In this document: positions 26,794-35,939 of the stretch, in pieces
How the letters are laid out: each line of letters starts with the position of its first letter
Numbering within the stretch: position 1 is the stretch's first letter
Source: Spirochaetia bacterium
Lineage (GTDB): Bacteria > Spirochaetota > Spirochaetia > DSM-27196 > Salinispiraceae
Direction: 5' to 3'
Length of the DNA: 64,000 nucleotides
NCBI GenBank assembly: GCA_038204425.1
Contig: JBBRCZ010000008.1
Coordinates: 1-64,000, forward strand
Notes under the pieces: model-generated
Told to the model about the DNA's origin: nothing
The model's input: only the letters and a program-made list of their open reading frames with translations
Databases searched by the model: none
Program-made: the position numbers and the translations under genes

Positions 26794-27676
26794 GTATTTA
26801 CACGGCGCGGTCATGCAAAAAGACGATGATCGTGCTAGATATGAAGCCGATCTAAATAATTATCTGCAACGTGAGTTCGCCAGTAGCCAGGTGCTAAGCG
26901 TCAATACCAATGGTACTTTGGGGCTATTCTACCAAACAACAGTAGATGGCAAAACCTGTTTTATAAAAACACATCAGGCCAGCCTGATGTGCCAACAAAA
27001 CCTACGTAAAGAAGCGCAACTGCTCGACATCTTATATGGTTCTGAACTTATGATGGCTTTTTTTTCTATCGATGGTGGAAGTGGTGAACGCGACTTTTTT
27101 TTAATTGAAGAACTGCAACAACTTGCCAAGGAAATAGATTGCAACGCAGTTTTGGATCTGATACACAGCACTCAATCTATCCTAAATGCCGAAGAAACCA
27201 AGAATAGTAAAGAATACTTTGACCCTAAGCACGATAACTTGAGCTATGTCATCGACCAAGGTCAGCTCTCCTTGCAAACACTGTGCCAAGAACACTTGCT
27301 AAGCGACGAGCTTTTCGATGCTATCGCAGGCTTACAAAAACCAGAACTTGAGCGTCAAGCAACGGTTTGTCACGGTGATCTGAGCGACAAGAATATACTG
27401 CAAAAAGGCTCAAAACTGTATGCCATCGATTGGGAAGACGCCATTCTAGCCTCAAAAGGCTACGACTACCTCTATTGGCTGAGCTTTTTTTCCAAAAGAA
27501 AATACTATAGTCAAGCTGGCATATTGGAAGCGTCTGGCTATAACAATCAAGAAGCACGTTTTTTGATGTCTATGATTGTAGCCGTCAAATGCATGCTTTC
27601 TTGGAAGGCTGGGACTTGGCGCAATGATAGTTTGAGCTTTGCTCAGCGCCTAGAAGAAATCCTAGCTATCAAATAA
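26783..27676 (+). CDS. Aminoglycoside phosphotransferase/choline kinase family protein
   Basis: FIKT (ATP-binding Lys), CHGDLSDKNI (Brenner motif) and AIDWEDA. The start is at 26783 or 26813. Confidence 0.8.
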   Translation: MLSKYLHGAVMQKDDDRARYEADLNNYLQREFASSQVLSVNTNGTLGLFYQTTVDGKTCFIKTHQASLMCQQNLRKEAQLLDILYGSELMMAFFSIDGGSGERDFFLIEELQQLAKEIDCNAVLDLIHSTQSILNAEETKNSKEYFDPKHDNLSYVIDQGQLSLQTLCQEHLLSDELFDAIAGLQKPELERQATVCHGDLSDKNILQKGSKLYAIDWEDAILASKGYDYLYWLSFFSKRKYYSQAGILEASGYNNQEARFLMSMIVAVKCMLSWKAGTWRNDSLSFAQRLEEILAIK

Positions 27677-27715
27677 GCGATACAAAAATCATATGCCCGT
27701 TGAAAAAGTACGCGG

Positions 27716-27760
27716 CTCAAAAAAAAAGCTGTCCAAGATAATGGACAGCTTTTTTTTGAG
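27716..27760. terminator. Bidirectional rho-independent terminator between the converging kinase gene and rpsD
   Basis: CTC-A9-GCTGTCCA / AGATAA loop / TGGACAGC-T8-GAG: a near-perfect inverted repeat with a U-tract on each strand. Confidence 0.9.
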
Positions 27761-27780
27761 ACTTACATCTCTTACAAAGT

Positions 27781-28395
27781 TTACTTTGAGTAGAACTCAA
27801 CGATTTGCTGTTCTTCAGCGATAGTTGGGATCATATCTCGTGTTGGTATAGCGTTAATGGTTCCGGTCAAGTCGTCTTGTGAGATACTCATCCAAACAGG
27901 AACCGGTCGACCAGAGTTTGCCGCTAAGGTACTGCGCAACAACTCTTTGGTAGCTTCGCGTGGTTTGGCAGTAATAACGTCACTAACCTTTACTGATGCC
28001 GAAGGGATATTTACGCGGCGACCGTTAAGGTAGATGTGACCGTGGCCAACAATTTGTCGAGCTTGAGAACGGCTAGTTGCCAAACCCAATCTATAAACAA
28101 CGTTATCCAGACGGCGTTCGAGTAGAATCAACAAGTTGTGACCAGCTACGCCCTTTGAAGACTTAGCTTTTTCAAACAAATTGCGAAACTGCTTTTCTGA
28201 AAGGCCATAACTAAACTTGAGTTTTTGCTTTTCTATAAGCTGGCGACCAAATTCTGTCTGACGTGGTCTACCTTTTTTTGGCTCTCCTGGAAGCGCCGGT
28301 TTTCTCTTTAGAAGACGATCATATTTTTGATTTCCGAAGATATTGATGCCAAAGCGGCGTACAATCTTTCCTTTGGCTGTGCTCAATCGTGCCAT
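27781..28395 (-). CDS. rpsD: 30S ribosomal protein S4
   Basis: [32 protein letters not shown] and IVEFYSK. No Zn-ribbon cysteines. Confidence 0.98.
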   Translation of the reverse strand: MARLSTAKGKIVRRFGINIFGNQKYDRLLKRKPALPGEPKKGRPRQTEFGRQLIEKQKLKFSYGLSEKQFRNLFEKAKSSKGVAGHNLLILLERRLDNVVYRLGLATSRSQARQIVGHGHIYLNGRRVNIPSASVKVSDVITAKPREATKELLRSTLAANSGRPVPVWMSISQDDLTGTINAIPTRDMIPTIAEEQQIVEFYSK

Positions 28396-28480
28396 TATTC
28401 CTTACTCCTTATATACTTAAACAACTATGAAAATAAATAGACGCAGTAAGCGTTCAATTTATACCAAGCCTTGCCCTCTG

Positions 28481-30202
28481 TCAAGAACGATCTTGCCCTG
28501 CTCTGTTGCCGCGGAACAGTGCTTTGACCCAGTTTAACAGGCCGCCCTTATTGGCTGGCTTTGCGTGCGCTGTTTGTTCTTGTGCCACCGTCTTGTCGGC
28601 ACTAGCTTGCTCAGTTTTTTGAAACTGCTTCTGTGCTTCCGGCCTTGGTCCCTGGGAATGAGGTTTATTGGCGGGACGCGCTGACCTTGGTCTATGCTCA
28701 AGCGCGCGTTGTTCCTCACGCTTGAGCTTTTCTAGCAATTCTTTATTTGGTTTAAATGACTCACCGTACTTCTGCCGGTAGAATTCAAGTCGTTCTTCGA
28801 CTGATCGACCTTTGGCGACTGCAGCTTGGTTTGACCTTACGGGCTTGGCTTCTGGTGCACGCGGGTGAATAGGCCTATCATGCGGTGATGCAGCAGGCCT
28901 GGTGGCCACTGGTCGCGCTTGATGTGGTTGAGAGCGAACTGGACCAAGCGCATCGGGACGTCTGCGTCCCTGTTGATCACCACGTTTGTCTGGCCGACCA
29001 GCATGCCCAGCAGAGCGTGTATCATCGTAATTGTCTAGTCTGATGCGCTGGCCCTTTGAGGCGTCAACGCCAAAACTGATCTCAGTAAGTTCACCTACCG
29101 GAATCTTTATGTTGAGGTACTTCTCAATGCCATCAAGAGCAAAGACAAAGTGTTCACATGCCAAAGTTATTGCAGTGCCGGTTTTACCTGCTCTGGCAGT
29201 ACGACCAATCCTATGAACGTAGTTTTCGCAGTCCTCAGGAATATCAAAGTTAACTACCAGGTCCAGAGCATCAATATGCAGTCCGCGTGCAGCGACATCG
29301 GTGGCAACCAAAAAGTTAACTCGGCCTTGCTTCATGTCATTGATAATTGATAGGCGTTTTTTTTGCGCTAAGTCACCCATGATAAAGTGAGACGGATAGC
29401 CATTGATTTCTAAGCGTTTTGAGACTTCTTCTGCCATGCGTTTGGTATTGCAAAAAACCAGAGCGTTGCTTGGCTTACGTTCTCTCAATATTCCCAGAAG
29501 CAGGCTCATTTTTTCACTGGCCGAAACGTGGTATATAATTTGGTTAATAGCCTCAACAGCGATGGTTTCTGCTTCGATTACAATCGTCACTGGATCGTTC
29601 ATGTGTTCCCAGGCGATGGTAGAAACTCGAGTACTAAGCGTTGCCGACAGAAGCATAGTTCTACGTTCCAGTCGGTCGCGGCACTTGCCCAAAAGCTTTT
29701 TGATATCTGGATAGAAGCCCATATCAAGCAAGCGATCTGCCTCGTCTATGACAAGGATTCCAAAGTCACGTGGATTGATCTTTTTGGACTGAATGAAGTC
29801 CATGAGACGTCCGGGCGTTCCAATTACCAAATCTACACCCGCTTTGAGAGCGTCTTCCTGTTGTGCGTAGCCTACTCCGCCATAAAAACAAGCGGACTTG
29901 AGCGGCAAAAAACTTCCCAGTATTTGGGCTTCTTCTTCAATTTGGACAGCAAGTTCGCGGGTTGGTGCAATGATAAGGGCTTTGGAATTTTTGTAACGCT
30001 CGTCGCTCATCAGCAAGTGAAAGATAGGAATCAAAAAGGCTGCGGTCTTGCCAGTACCGGTCTGGGACTGGACGGTGACGTCTCTGTCGTTAATTATTGT
30101 CTCACGTATAACGGCTTGTTGCACTTTGGTGCAATCAGTAAATGCGGCTTGGTTAATGCCGCGAATTATGTCGGCGTGGAGGGGAAATTCATCAAACTTC
30201 AT
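28481..30202 (-). CDS. DEAD-box RNA helicase (RhlB-like) with a long C-terminal extension
   Basis: Q motif, SQTGTGKT, PTRELA, TPGR, DEAD, SAT, ARGL and HRIGRTAR. Start placed at MKFDEF (30202). Confidence 0.93.
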   Translation of the reverse strand: MKFDEFPLHADIIRGINQAAFTDCTKVQQAVIRETIINDRDVTVQSQTGTGKTAAFLIPIFHLLMSDERYKNSKALIIAPTRELAVQIEEEAQILGSFLPLKSACFYGGVGYAQQEDALKAGVDLVIGTPGRLMDFIQSKKINPRDFGILVIDEADRLLDMGFYPDIKKLLGKCRDRLERRTMLLSATLSTRVSTIAWEHMNDPVTIVIEAETIAVEAINQIIYHVSASEKMSLLLGILRERKPSNALVFCNTKRMAEEVSKRLEINGYPSHFIMGDLAQKKRLSIINDMKQGRVNFLVATDVAARGLHIDALDLVVNFDIPEDCENYVHRIGRTARAGKTGTAITLACEHFVFALDGIEKYLNIKIPVGELTEISFGVDASKGQRIRLDNYDDTRSAGHAGRPDKRGDQQGRRRPDALGPVRSQPHQARPVATRPAASPHDRPIHPRAPEAKPVRSNQAAVAKGRSVEERLEFYRQKYGESFKPNKELLEKLKREEQRALEHRPRSARPANKPHSQGPRPEAQKQFQKTEQASADKTVAQEQTAHAKPANKGGLLNWVKALFRGNRAGQDRS

Positions 30203-30280
30203 ATATCGTGAGCATCCTATACTATTACCCGACAAAGGACAACACTGGCTGCTTGCCGCCCTATGGCGGGCTAATTCCGT

Positions 30281-31702
30281 TTACATCCAGCGTTTTATGA
30301 TGGCTTCTTTTCCCTTCAGTGGTGGGTAACGCCATGGAGCGTCAAAATCCGAAGGGGAAACAAATAACGTCTTGGGCCAGGTAAAAGCTTTAAATCCTTC
30401 GTAACCGTGGTAGCGTCCCATTCCTGATTCTGCGATACCACCAAATGGAAGCGTAGCGTCTACCAGATGAACCAAAGCGTCGTTAACGAGGCCTGCGCCG
30501 CACTTAATGGATCGCAGTTGATTGAGTGCCGCTTTTTTGTCTCGAGTAAAGATGCTGTAGACCAATGGAGCTGCTCGCGTGGCCAGACTTTCTACTAGTT
30601 CATCGAGCGAGTCGTAGACAAAAATAGGCAGAATTGGACCAAAAACTTCGCCTTGCATAACCGGCGCTTCAAAGCTGTTGACTTTGAGGATTACTGGTTC
30701 AAAGTAGAGTGTGCTTCGATTACGGCGACCTTCAAATAGCACCTCACCACTGTTCAAAAGTTGAGTCAGCCGATCAAAGTGCGCTATGTTGACTATCTTT
30801 GTCCACTCAGGGGCCTCTAGGCCTTCTTTTTGATTGGGCTCAAACGAATACATGGTCTGCCAGCTTTGCCAGATGGCCGTAGCCCATTGTTCGACCAGGT
30901 CTCGCGGTACACACAAAAAGTCAGGTGCAACGCAAGTCTGCCCGGCATTGATACCTTTGGCCCAGGCCAGACGACGAGAGCCTATCAATAGATTGGCGTC
31001 AGGCAGAGCAATCGCTGGATTTTTGCCACCGAGCTCAAGAACAACGGGAATCAAGTGTTCTGCGGCTTGAATAGCGACTTTTTTACCAACGGCAGTGCTT
31101 CCGGTAAAAAATATGTGGTCCGGCTTTTGAGCAATCAACTGACTGGACGTTTGCGCTCCACCCAGCACAACCGTAATCACATCGGGTGTAAAAAACTCGC
31201 TCAGCATCTGCGCTATGGCTAATCCTGTTGCAGGAGCATACTCCGATGGCTTAATTACAACGGTATTTCCTGCAGCAAGTGCCGTCAAGGCTGGCACCAA
31301 CGCAAGTTGCAAGGGATAATTCCACGGTGCAAGAATTAAGCAGCTTCCAAAGGCTGCATTTTGCACGCGCGCACGACTAAAAGGCAAAAAAAACAGCGTC
31401 TTATATTTTTTTTCGCGGCACCAGATTCGCAGTTTAGAGCGCATGTAACGCAGTTGTTTTTTTACGTAGCAAAACTCAGTGGCCAAGGCCTCAGCCGGAC
31501 TTTTTCCAAGATCTTGATAGAGTGCATCGAGCAGGCGCTGCTCCCAGCTATTGAGTGCAAGTTCAAAATAGTCCAGCAACGAGCGTCTATAGCGCCAAGA
31601 CAGCAGAACCCCTGTCGCAAAAAAATCACGTTGTTTTTGAAACATGACATCAAAGGGCACGTCGGCTTCTTCTTGCAAGCGCACTTGCTTATCTTCGAGC
31701 AT
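30281..31702 (-). CDS. NAD(P)-dependent aldehyde dehydrogenase (ALDH3-like)
   Basis: PWNYP, KPSE, FTGS, LELGGKNP, GQTCVAPD, EVFGPILP and PFGGIAESGMGRYHG motifs. Confidence 0.93.
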   Translation of the reverse strand: MLEDKQVRLQEEADVPFDVMFQKQRDFFATGVLLSWRYRRSLLDYFELALNSWEQRLLDALYQDLGKSPAEALATEFCYVKKQLRYMRSKLRIWCREKKYKTLFFLPFSRARVQNAAFGSCLILAPWNYPLQLALVPALTALAAGNTVVIKPSEYAPATGLAIAQMLSEFFTPDVITVVLGGAQTSSQLIAQKPDHIFFTGSTAVGKKVAIQAAEHLIPVVLELGGKNPAIALPDANLLIGSRRLAWAKGINAGQTCVAPDFLCVPRDLVEQWATAIWQSWQTMYSFEPNQKEGLEAPEWTKIVNIAHFDRLTQLLNSGEVLFEGRRNRSTLYFEPVILKVNSFEAPVMQGEVFGPILPIFVYDSLDELVESLATRAAPLVYSIFTRDKKAALNQLRSIKCGAGLVNDALVHLVDATLPFGGIAESGMGRYHGYEGFKAFTWPKTLFVSPSDFDAPWRYPPLKGKEAIIKRWM

Positions 31703-31764
31703 TTTTTAATCCTCCAGAGCTAGACCGTAGGTATCTTTCAGACTTCATATAGTAGCTTTTGCAG

Positions 31765-32973
31765 CTAAGGGCGATCAATAGCATCAAGCAGAATAGAGTC
31801 GCGATCAGCAGAGAGTTCCCAGATCATCATGCCGCCCAACCCAAGTGCTTGAGCCCATTTTTTTTTGCTGCGCGCAGATTGAAAGTCGTCAAAGCTAATG
31901 TAAATAGCCAACTCTTGATGCACAAGAAAGGCTGACGTCTTGAGATCGTGACGCTCTATAACGGCACCTTTCTGCAGCAAGTCGGCCATGCCTCGCACAT
32001 CGAATGCGTTGCCACCACGATTACCCTTTGGAAGCTGCTCCGATGCAGCTTTGCCTGGCAAGAACAGTGCTTTTTTTTGTTCGGGCGTCTTGTGCCCCGT
32101 GTATTCGGCCGCATCGCCCCCTGATTGCTCTTGGTCCAAAAACCAGGATCGTCCAAAGGCAGGGAGTCCAAGTATTAGTTGCTTAGCGGGCAAGCCTTGG
32201 CCCAATATAGCTCTAACACTGTTGTTGATGTCCGGGAAGAGCGCGGCCTGATGGTTGATCCTTGGGCCACCCACAAGGTAGTTATAGGCCATTAGGTTTA
32301 CAAAGTCGCAATACTGTCCAATCTTTTTTAAATCCAAATACGAAATGTGCATCAGATTGGGGCTAAGTGCGATGCTCAACTGACGCTTCTTAGTTCCTTG
32401 TGGCGCTTGATCCAATGCAAGACGCAGCTCAGCCAAGGTCAATAACAGATTGGCCGCGTCGTCAGGACTACGTGTATTGCTGGTCATACCACCACTTACA
32501 GGATACTCCCAGTCGAGGTCGATGCCATCCAAATTGTAGGTATCTACAAAGCGGCGTGCACTTTGTGCAAACTCTCGTCGCAGTTCTTTGTCAGCCGCCA
32601 AGCTAGAAAACCATGCTGACCCCGTCCAGCCGCCAAGTGAAACCATGATAGAAAGATGCGGATGACGCATTCTCAGCTCAAAGAGCCTTGCCAAGTTTCC
32701 TCGGTAATTTAGACCAGGTACGTCTGGCCCATAGGGCTTAATTACATCGGCATTGGGATCAAAAAGTGAGACATTACCGTCCTTTTCTACCTTGGCAAAG
32801 GCATAGATGATATGACTCAATTTTTGGGCTGGAACATTTTGGATCTGGAAGTCCCCTTGATAGACGGACCAAGAGGCAAAGTAAGCAACACGCTTAAAGT
32901 CAGGCTCGAGAGTCTCAGCAAGTACCTGCTGGCAAAGTAGAAGCGTAAAAACCAAGAGAAGAAGTCTAATCAT
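31765..32973 (-). CDS. Secreted glycoside hydrolase family 18 (chitinase-like)
   Basis: Signal peptide from the ATG at 32973, SHIIYAF, SLGGW, intact LDGIDLDWEYP (DxDxE) and GGMMIWEL. Confidence 0.9.
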   Translation of the reverse strand: MIRLLLLVFTLLLCQQVLAETLEPDFKRVAYFASWSVYQGDFQIQNVPAQKLSHIIYAFAKVEKDGNVSLFDPNADVIKPYGPDVPGLNYRGNLARLFELRMRHPHLSIMVSLGGWTGSAWFSSLAADKELRREFAQSARRFVDTYNLDGIDLDWEYPVSGGMTSNTRSPDDAANLLLTLAELRLALDQAPQGTKKRQLSIALSPNLMHISYLDLKKIGQYCDFVNLMAYNYLVGGPRINHQAALFPDINNSVRAILGQGLPAKQLILGLPAFGRSWFLDQEQSGGDAAEYTGHKTPEQKKALFLPGKAASEQLPKGNRGGNAFDVRGMADLLQKGAVIERHDLKTSAFLVHQELAIYISFDDFQSARSKKKWAQALGLGGMMIWELSADRDSILLDAIDRP

Positions 32974-34051
32974 GCCAAGAAAAATCCGCCAAGAGTTGCA
33001 GTCTTTTGTTAACCTCGCCAAGTGGATCGGCAGCAGAAATTGAGTTCTCTCGGTTGTGGGCAAGCATGGTCATGCGGTACACCAACTGAGCAAAGGCGGG
33101 CTCTTTGGACCAAAGTAGTACAATCTCTGGCAGTTTGGTCTCAATGAATGCCAAGAGCCATATCCAGACCTGGGCCAAGCTATTGAGATTAAGAATTTCT
33201 TGCGATTCCTGGCTGTCATGCCAAATTTCGCGCCGACTGCGGTTATTTGAAAAAGCCTTGTGATACATTGAACACAAGAGCGTAAAACTGGCTTGGCCGT
33301 CGAGTTCTGGCCATTTGTCTACAAGTTGATCCAAATAGCTTAGCCGCTTTTGACGATCGACTGCCAAGCATGATCCTGCAATTAGCAAAGCATCACCCAA
33401 TGATAGTGCAGCCTTTACACAAAGCGCCGTCATATGGGCTGTTTTTTTTGCTTGCATGGAACTTTGTGAGCACAGCAATCCAGCCCAAATTTTAAGGCCA
33501 GAGTTAACCAAGACTCTTATGGCCTCGCTCGACGCCAAACTATTTTCTTGTTGATCATCAAGGTTGACTCCAAGCTTAGTTGTGAGTTGAGACAAGACAT
33601 CCTCATCACCGCAAAGCACCAAGTGGTTGCGGACAAGTTCGAACCACTCTAGACGGGCTGGTGCCATTGCTAAGTCTGACTTGCTGATTACAGCTTTTAT
33701 ATCAATGCTTATCGCCATGATTGCCCTGTATTTGTCTACAACCTTGCTCAGACCCAGACGAGAGTATGCTGGTGCGTTAAGTACAATAAAAAGATCAAGA
33801 TCATCACCTGGTGCTTGACCTATCGACCAGACGCCACTGCCGTTGCGCCTAGAAACGGGATAGACACCACCATTGCCCCTGCCGTAGGTACCGGCCACTA
33901 TAATCGAACATAGATTCTCACCCAAGAGGTCTGCCAAGTCTCGACATAGATCTCCCAAAAGCACTCTCATACGGGTATTAAACTCATGGGAGGCATCGCT
34001 TGCGAATCTATGGGAGCTGATATGCCGTCGTTTGGACAGTAAAGATATCAT
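32966..34051 (-). CDS. Hypothetical protein with a Pol-beta-like nucleotidyltransferase signature
   Basis: IIVAGTYGRG...DDLDLFIV resembles the hG[GS]x(n)DxD motif, followed by a helical C-terminal region. Confidence 0.55.
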   Translation of the reverse strand: MISLLSKRRHISSHRFASDASHEFNTRMRVLLGDLCRDLADLLGENLCSIIVAGTYGRGNGGVYPVSRRNGSGVWSIGQAPGDDLDLFIVLNAPAYSRLGLSKVVDKYRAIMAISIDIKAVISKSDLAMAPARLEWFELVRNHLVLCGDEDVLSQLTTKLGVNLDDQQENSLASSEAIRVLVNSGLKIWAGLLCSQSSMQAKKTAHMTALCVKAALSLGDALLIAGSCLAVDRQKRLSYLDQLVDKWPELDGQASFTLLCSMYHKAFSNNRSRREIWHDSQESQEILNLNSLAQVWIWLLAFIETKLPEIVLLWSKEPAFAQLVYRMTMLAHNRENSISAADPLGEVNKRLQLLADFSWHD

Positions 34052-34060
34052 ACTGTTATA

Positions 34061-34089
34061 AATCTAAGAAAAAGCTGAGTAAAAAGCAA
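34061..34089 (-). promoter_or_regulatory. Putative sigma70 promoter for the nucleotidyltransferase-GH18 unit
   Basis: Minus strand TTGCTT-N17-TAGATT. The -10 element lies 9 nt before the ATG and no SD is visible. Confidence 0.35.
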
Positions 34090-34118
34090 AGAAATGACTT
34101 GTCTATTATCCACGATTT

Positions 34119-34144
34119 ATGTACTTTTGCCCCAAAAAGTACAT
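34119..34144. repeat. AT-rich inverted repeat downstream of motB (terminator or operator)
   Basis: ATGTACTTTT-GCCCCA-AAAAGTACAT, perfect 10 bp arms. Confidence 0.5.
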
Positions 34145-34171
34145 TTTTTTCCTATAAACAAGGCAAAAAAT

Positions 34172-34915
34172 CTAAAGTTGCCCATCTGAGAGGATAATTA
34201 CATCAACACGGCGATTGTAAGCTCGCCCCTCCCGACTCGTATTATCTACCAAGGGTCGCATTTCACCGAAGCTAGTCGATGAGAATCGTTTCTCGATGTC
34301 GGTATTGCTAACGTACTCAAGCGTATACAGCATAGTGTTTAGCGCGCGGTCGCCACCTAGGTGCCAGTTGCTCGGCCACCGACTGCCGGGGCCGGTGGGA
34401 TCGTCGTCGGTATGTCCTTCAAAGCGAACGTTGCGTCCAACTACTGCTTGACTTGAGAGCAAGGAACCAAGTTTTTGAATAGTTTCACGAGCTTCTTCAC
34501 GTTTAAGTTCGGCACTGCCACTTTCAAAAAAGGAATCCGAGGAAAGCGAGATAACTAGCCCTCTTTCGTCCTGAGTGATGCGGACCATTTTGCTCTTAAT
34601 TTCTGGTTCAAAAATGCTAATTGCCGTTCTGCGAGCTTGTGCTAACGAGCGCCCAGATTGCATGGCAGGCAGACTCATAACTGTGTTGCCAAGCTCCGCA
34701 AGCTTGCCTTCGCTTAAGGTATTGCCACCGTCGAGGTTGCCAAGTCCTTGGAAGGCCGCCAGAATAAGTTGAAATTGTTGAGGTTCGATTTTTGGTGTCA
34801 GAGCATAGAGTAATACAAAGAAGGTGAGAACCAAGGTAACCATGTCGCCGTAAGTAAGCAACCAAGCCGGTGCACCTTCTTCGCAAGGGGGACATTTTTT
34901 TGGTCTGCCAGCCAT
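34172..34915 (-). CDS. motB: Flagellar stator protein MotB
   Basis: WLLTYGDMVTLVLTFFVLL TM with the conserved Asp, plus an OmpA-like domain (EGHTD, NWHLG..RA, NRRVD). Confidence 0.97.
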   Translation of the reverse strand: MAGRPKKCPPCEEGAPAWLLTYGDMVTLVLTFFVLLYALTPKIEPQQFQLILAAFQGLGNLDGGNTLSEGKLAELGNTVMSLPAMQSGRSLAQARRTAISIFEPEIKSKMVRITQDERGLVISLSSDSFFESGSAELKREEARETIQKLGSLLSSQAVVGRNVRFEGHTDDDPTGPGSRWPSNWHLGGDRALNTMLYTLEYVSNTDIEKRFSSTSFGEMRPLVDNTSREGRAYNRRVDVIILSDGQL

Positions 34916-34927
34916 AATTCTTGCTCC

Positions 34928-35710
34928 TTAATCCTGGATCGTTTGGGCTTTAATAGCTTCACGTTCGCCAGGTGGCAAAAAGCTCAAGAGTTTCTCAAGT
35001 AGGATTCGAGGGTTGTCGCCACTTTGAATTGACAGTATTCCTTCTATCACTATTTCTCGACTTCTCACTTCTAAGCGATTTTGCCCTTCTAAGTTTTTGC
35101 CCATCGGTATAAACCACAAGTTGGCCATCATTGACCCGTACAAAGTGGTTATAAGTGCAGTAGCCATACCCTTGGCCAAACCAGCCGAGTCAGAAAGGTT
35201 GGCCAACATGGCAATCAGACCAATAACGGTTCCCAACATACCAAAGGCAGGTGACATTGCGCCCCAGAAAGCAAATATTCCCGAAACCTCACTGTGGCGG
35301 GCTTCGAGCTTGTCTACCTCAGTATAGAGAATGGTTTTGATGATTTCCGGGTCTGTTCCGTCAACAACCAGTTGAATACCCTTTTTCATAAAAGGGTTTT
35401 CCAAGTCTTCAATGTTGTCTTCAAGTGCCAAGAGACCTTCGCGCCGTGCTCGCTCAGCAAAGCCGACCAAATCGGCTATCAGCTTTGGTTCATTAAAGTT
35501 TGGGATCTTGAGGACAAGCCCAACGAAACTAGGAATCTTTAGAATTTTTGCAAGCGGACTGGCTATCAAAAGCGGAGCAAATGAACCAATTACAACCATC
35601 AAAACTGACGGCAAGTCAACGTAATATTGGACACCAACACCACCAACAACAATACCAAAAGCGATAGTTCCGATTCCGAGTATCAAACCTACTAGTGACC
35701 CAATATCCAT
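34928..35710 (-). CDS. motA: Flagellar stator protein MotA
   Basis: ARREGLLALE, GIQLVVDG, PAFGMLGTVIGLI, ALITTLYG and GDNPR motifs. Confidence 0.97.
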   Translation of the reverse strand: MDIGSLVGLILGIGTIAFGIVVGGVGVQYYVDLPSVLMVVIGSFAPLLIASPLAKILKIPSFVGLVLKIPNFNEPKLIADLVGFAERARREGLLALEDNIEDLENPFMKKGIQLVVDGTDPEIIKTILYTEVDKLEARHSEVSGIFAFWGAMSPAFGMLGTVIGLIAMLANLSDSAGLAKGMATALITTLYGSMMANLWFIPMGKNLEGQNRLEVRSREIVIEGILSIQSGDNPRILLEKLLSFLPPGEREAIKAQTIQD

Positions 35711-35713
35711 TGC

Positions 35714-35920
35714 CTACTCCTCGCTTTTAAAAGCGCCAATTTGGCGCCGGTATGCCACTATGCGGTCTAACACCGTTGGGTAGCTTTCCTTGATAACCAA
35801 GTGTTTACCAGACAACATCATCAAGGTTGTGTCAGGGTTGGCCTCTATGTATTCTATATGATGGGGGTTTACCCAGTAAACCTTGCCATCCAATCGGGTT
35901 AGCTCGATCACTAACGTCAC
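35714..35920 (-). CDS. flbD: Flagellar FlbD family protein
   Basis: IELTRLDG...NPHHIEYIEANPDT, located between flgE and motA. Confidence 0.93.
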   Translation of the reverse strand: MTLVIELTRLDGKVYWVNPHHIEYIEANPDTTLMMLSGKHLVIKESYPTVLDRIVAYRRQIGAFKSEE

Positions 35921-35939
35921 TCCTCAACCATTATAGCTC

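Noticed and set aside
27676..27781. Switch from mostly plus-strand to minus-strand genes as a replication terminus
   Set aside because: By eye the plus strand looks C-rich on both sides and I saw no dif-like site. A bidirectional terminator between converging operons explains it. GC skew was not computed.
27781..28395. rpsD outside the alpha operon
   Set aside because: A stand-alone rpsD is common, including in spirochetes and Firmicutes.
32966..34051. Nucleotidyltransferase as a CBASS or toxin-antitoxin defence component
   Set aside because: There is no adjacent effector, Cap2/3 or HEPN gene, and no CD-NTase-specific features can be recognised by eye.
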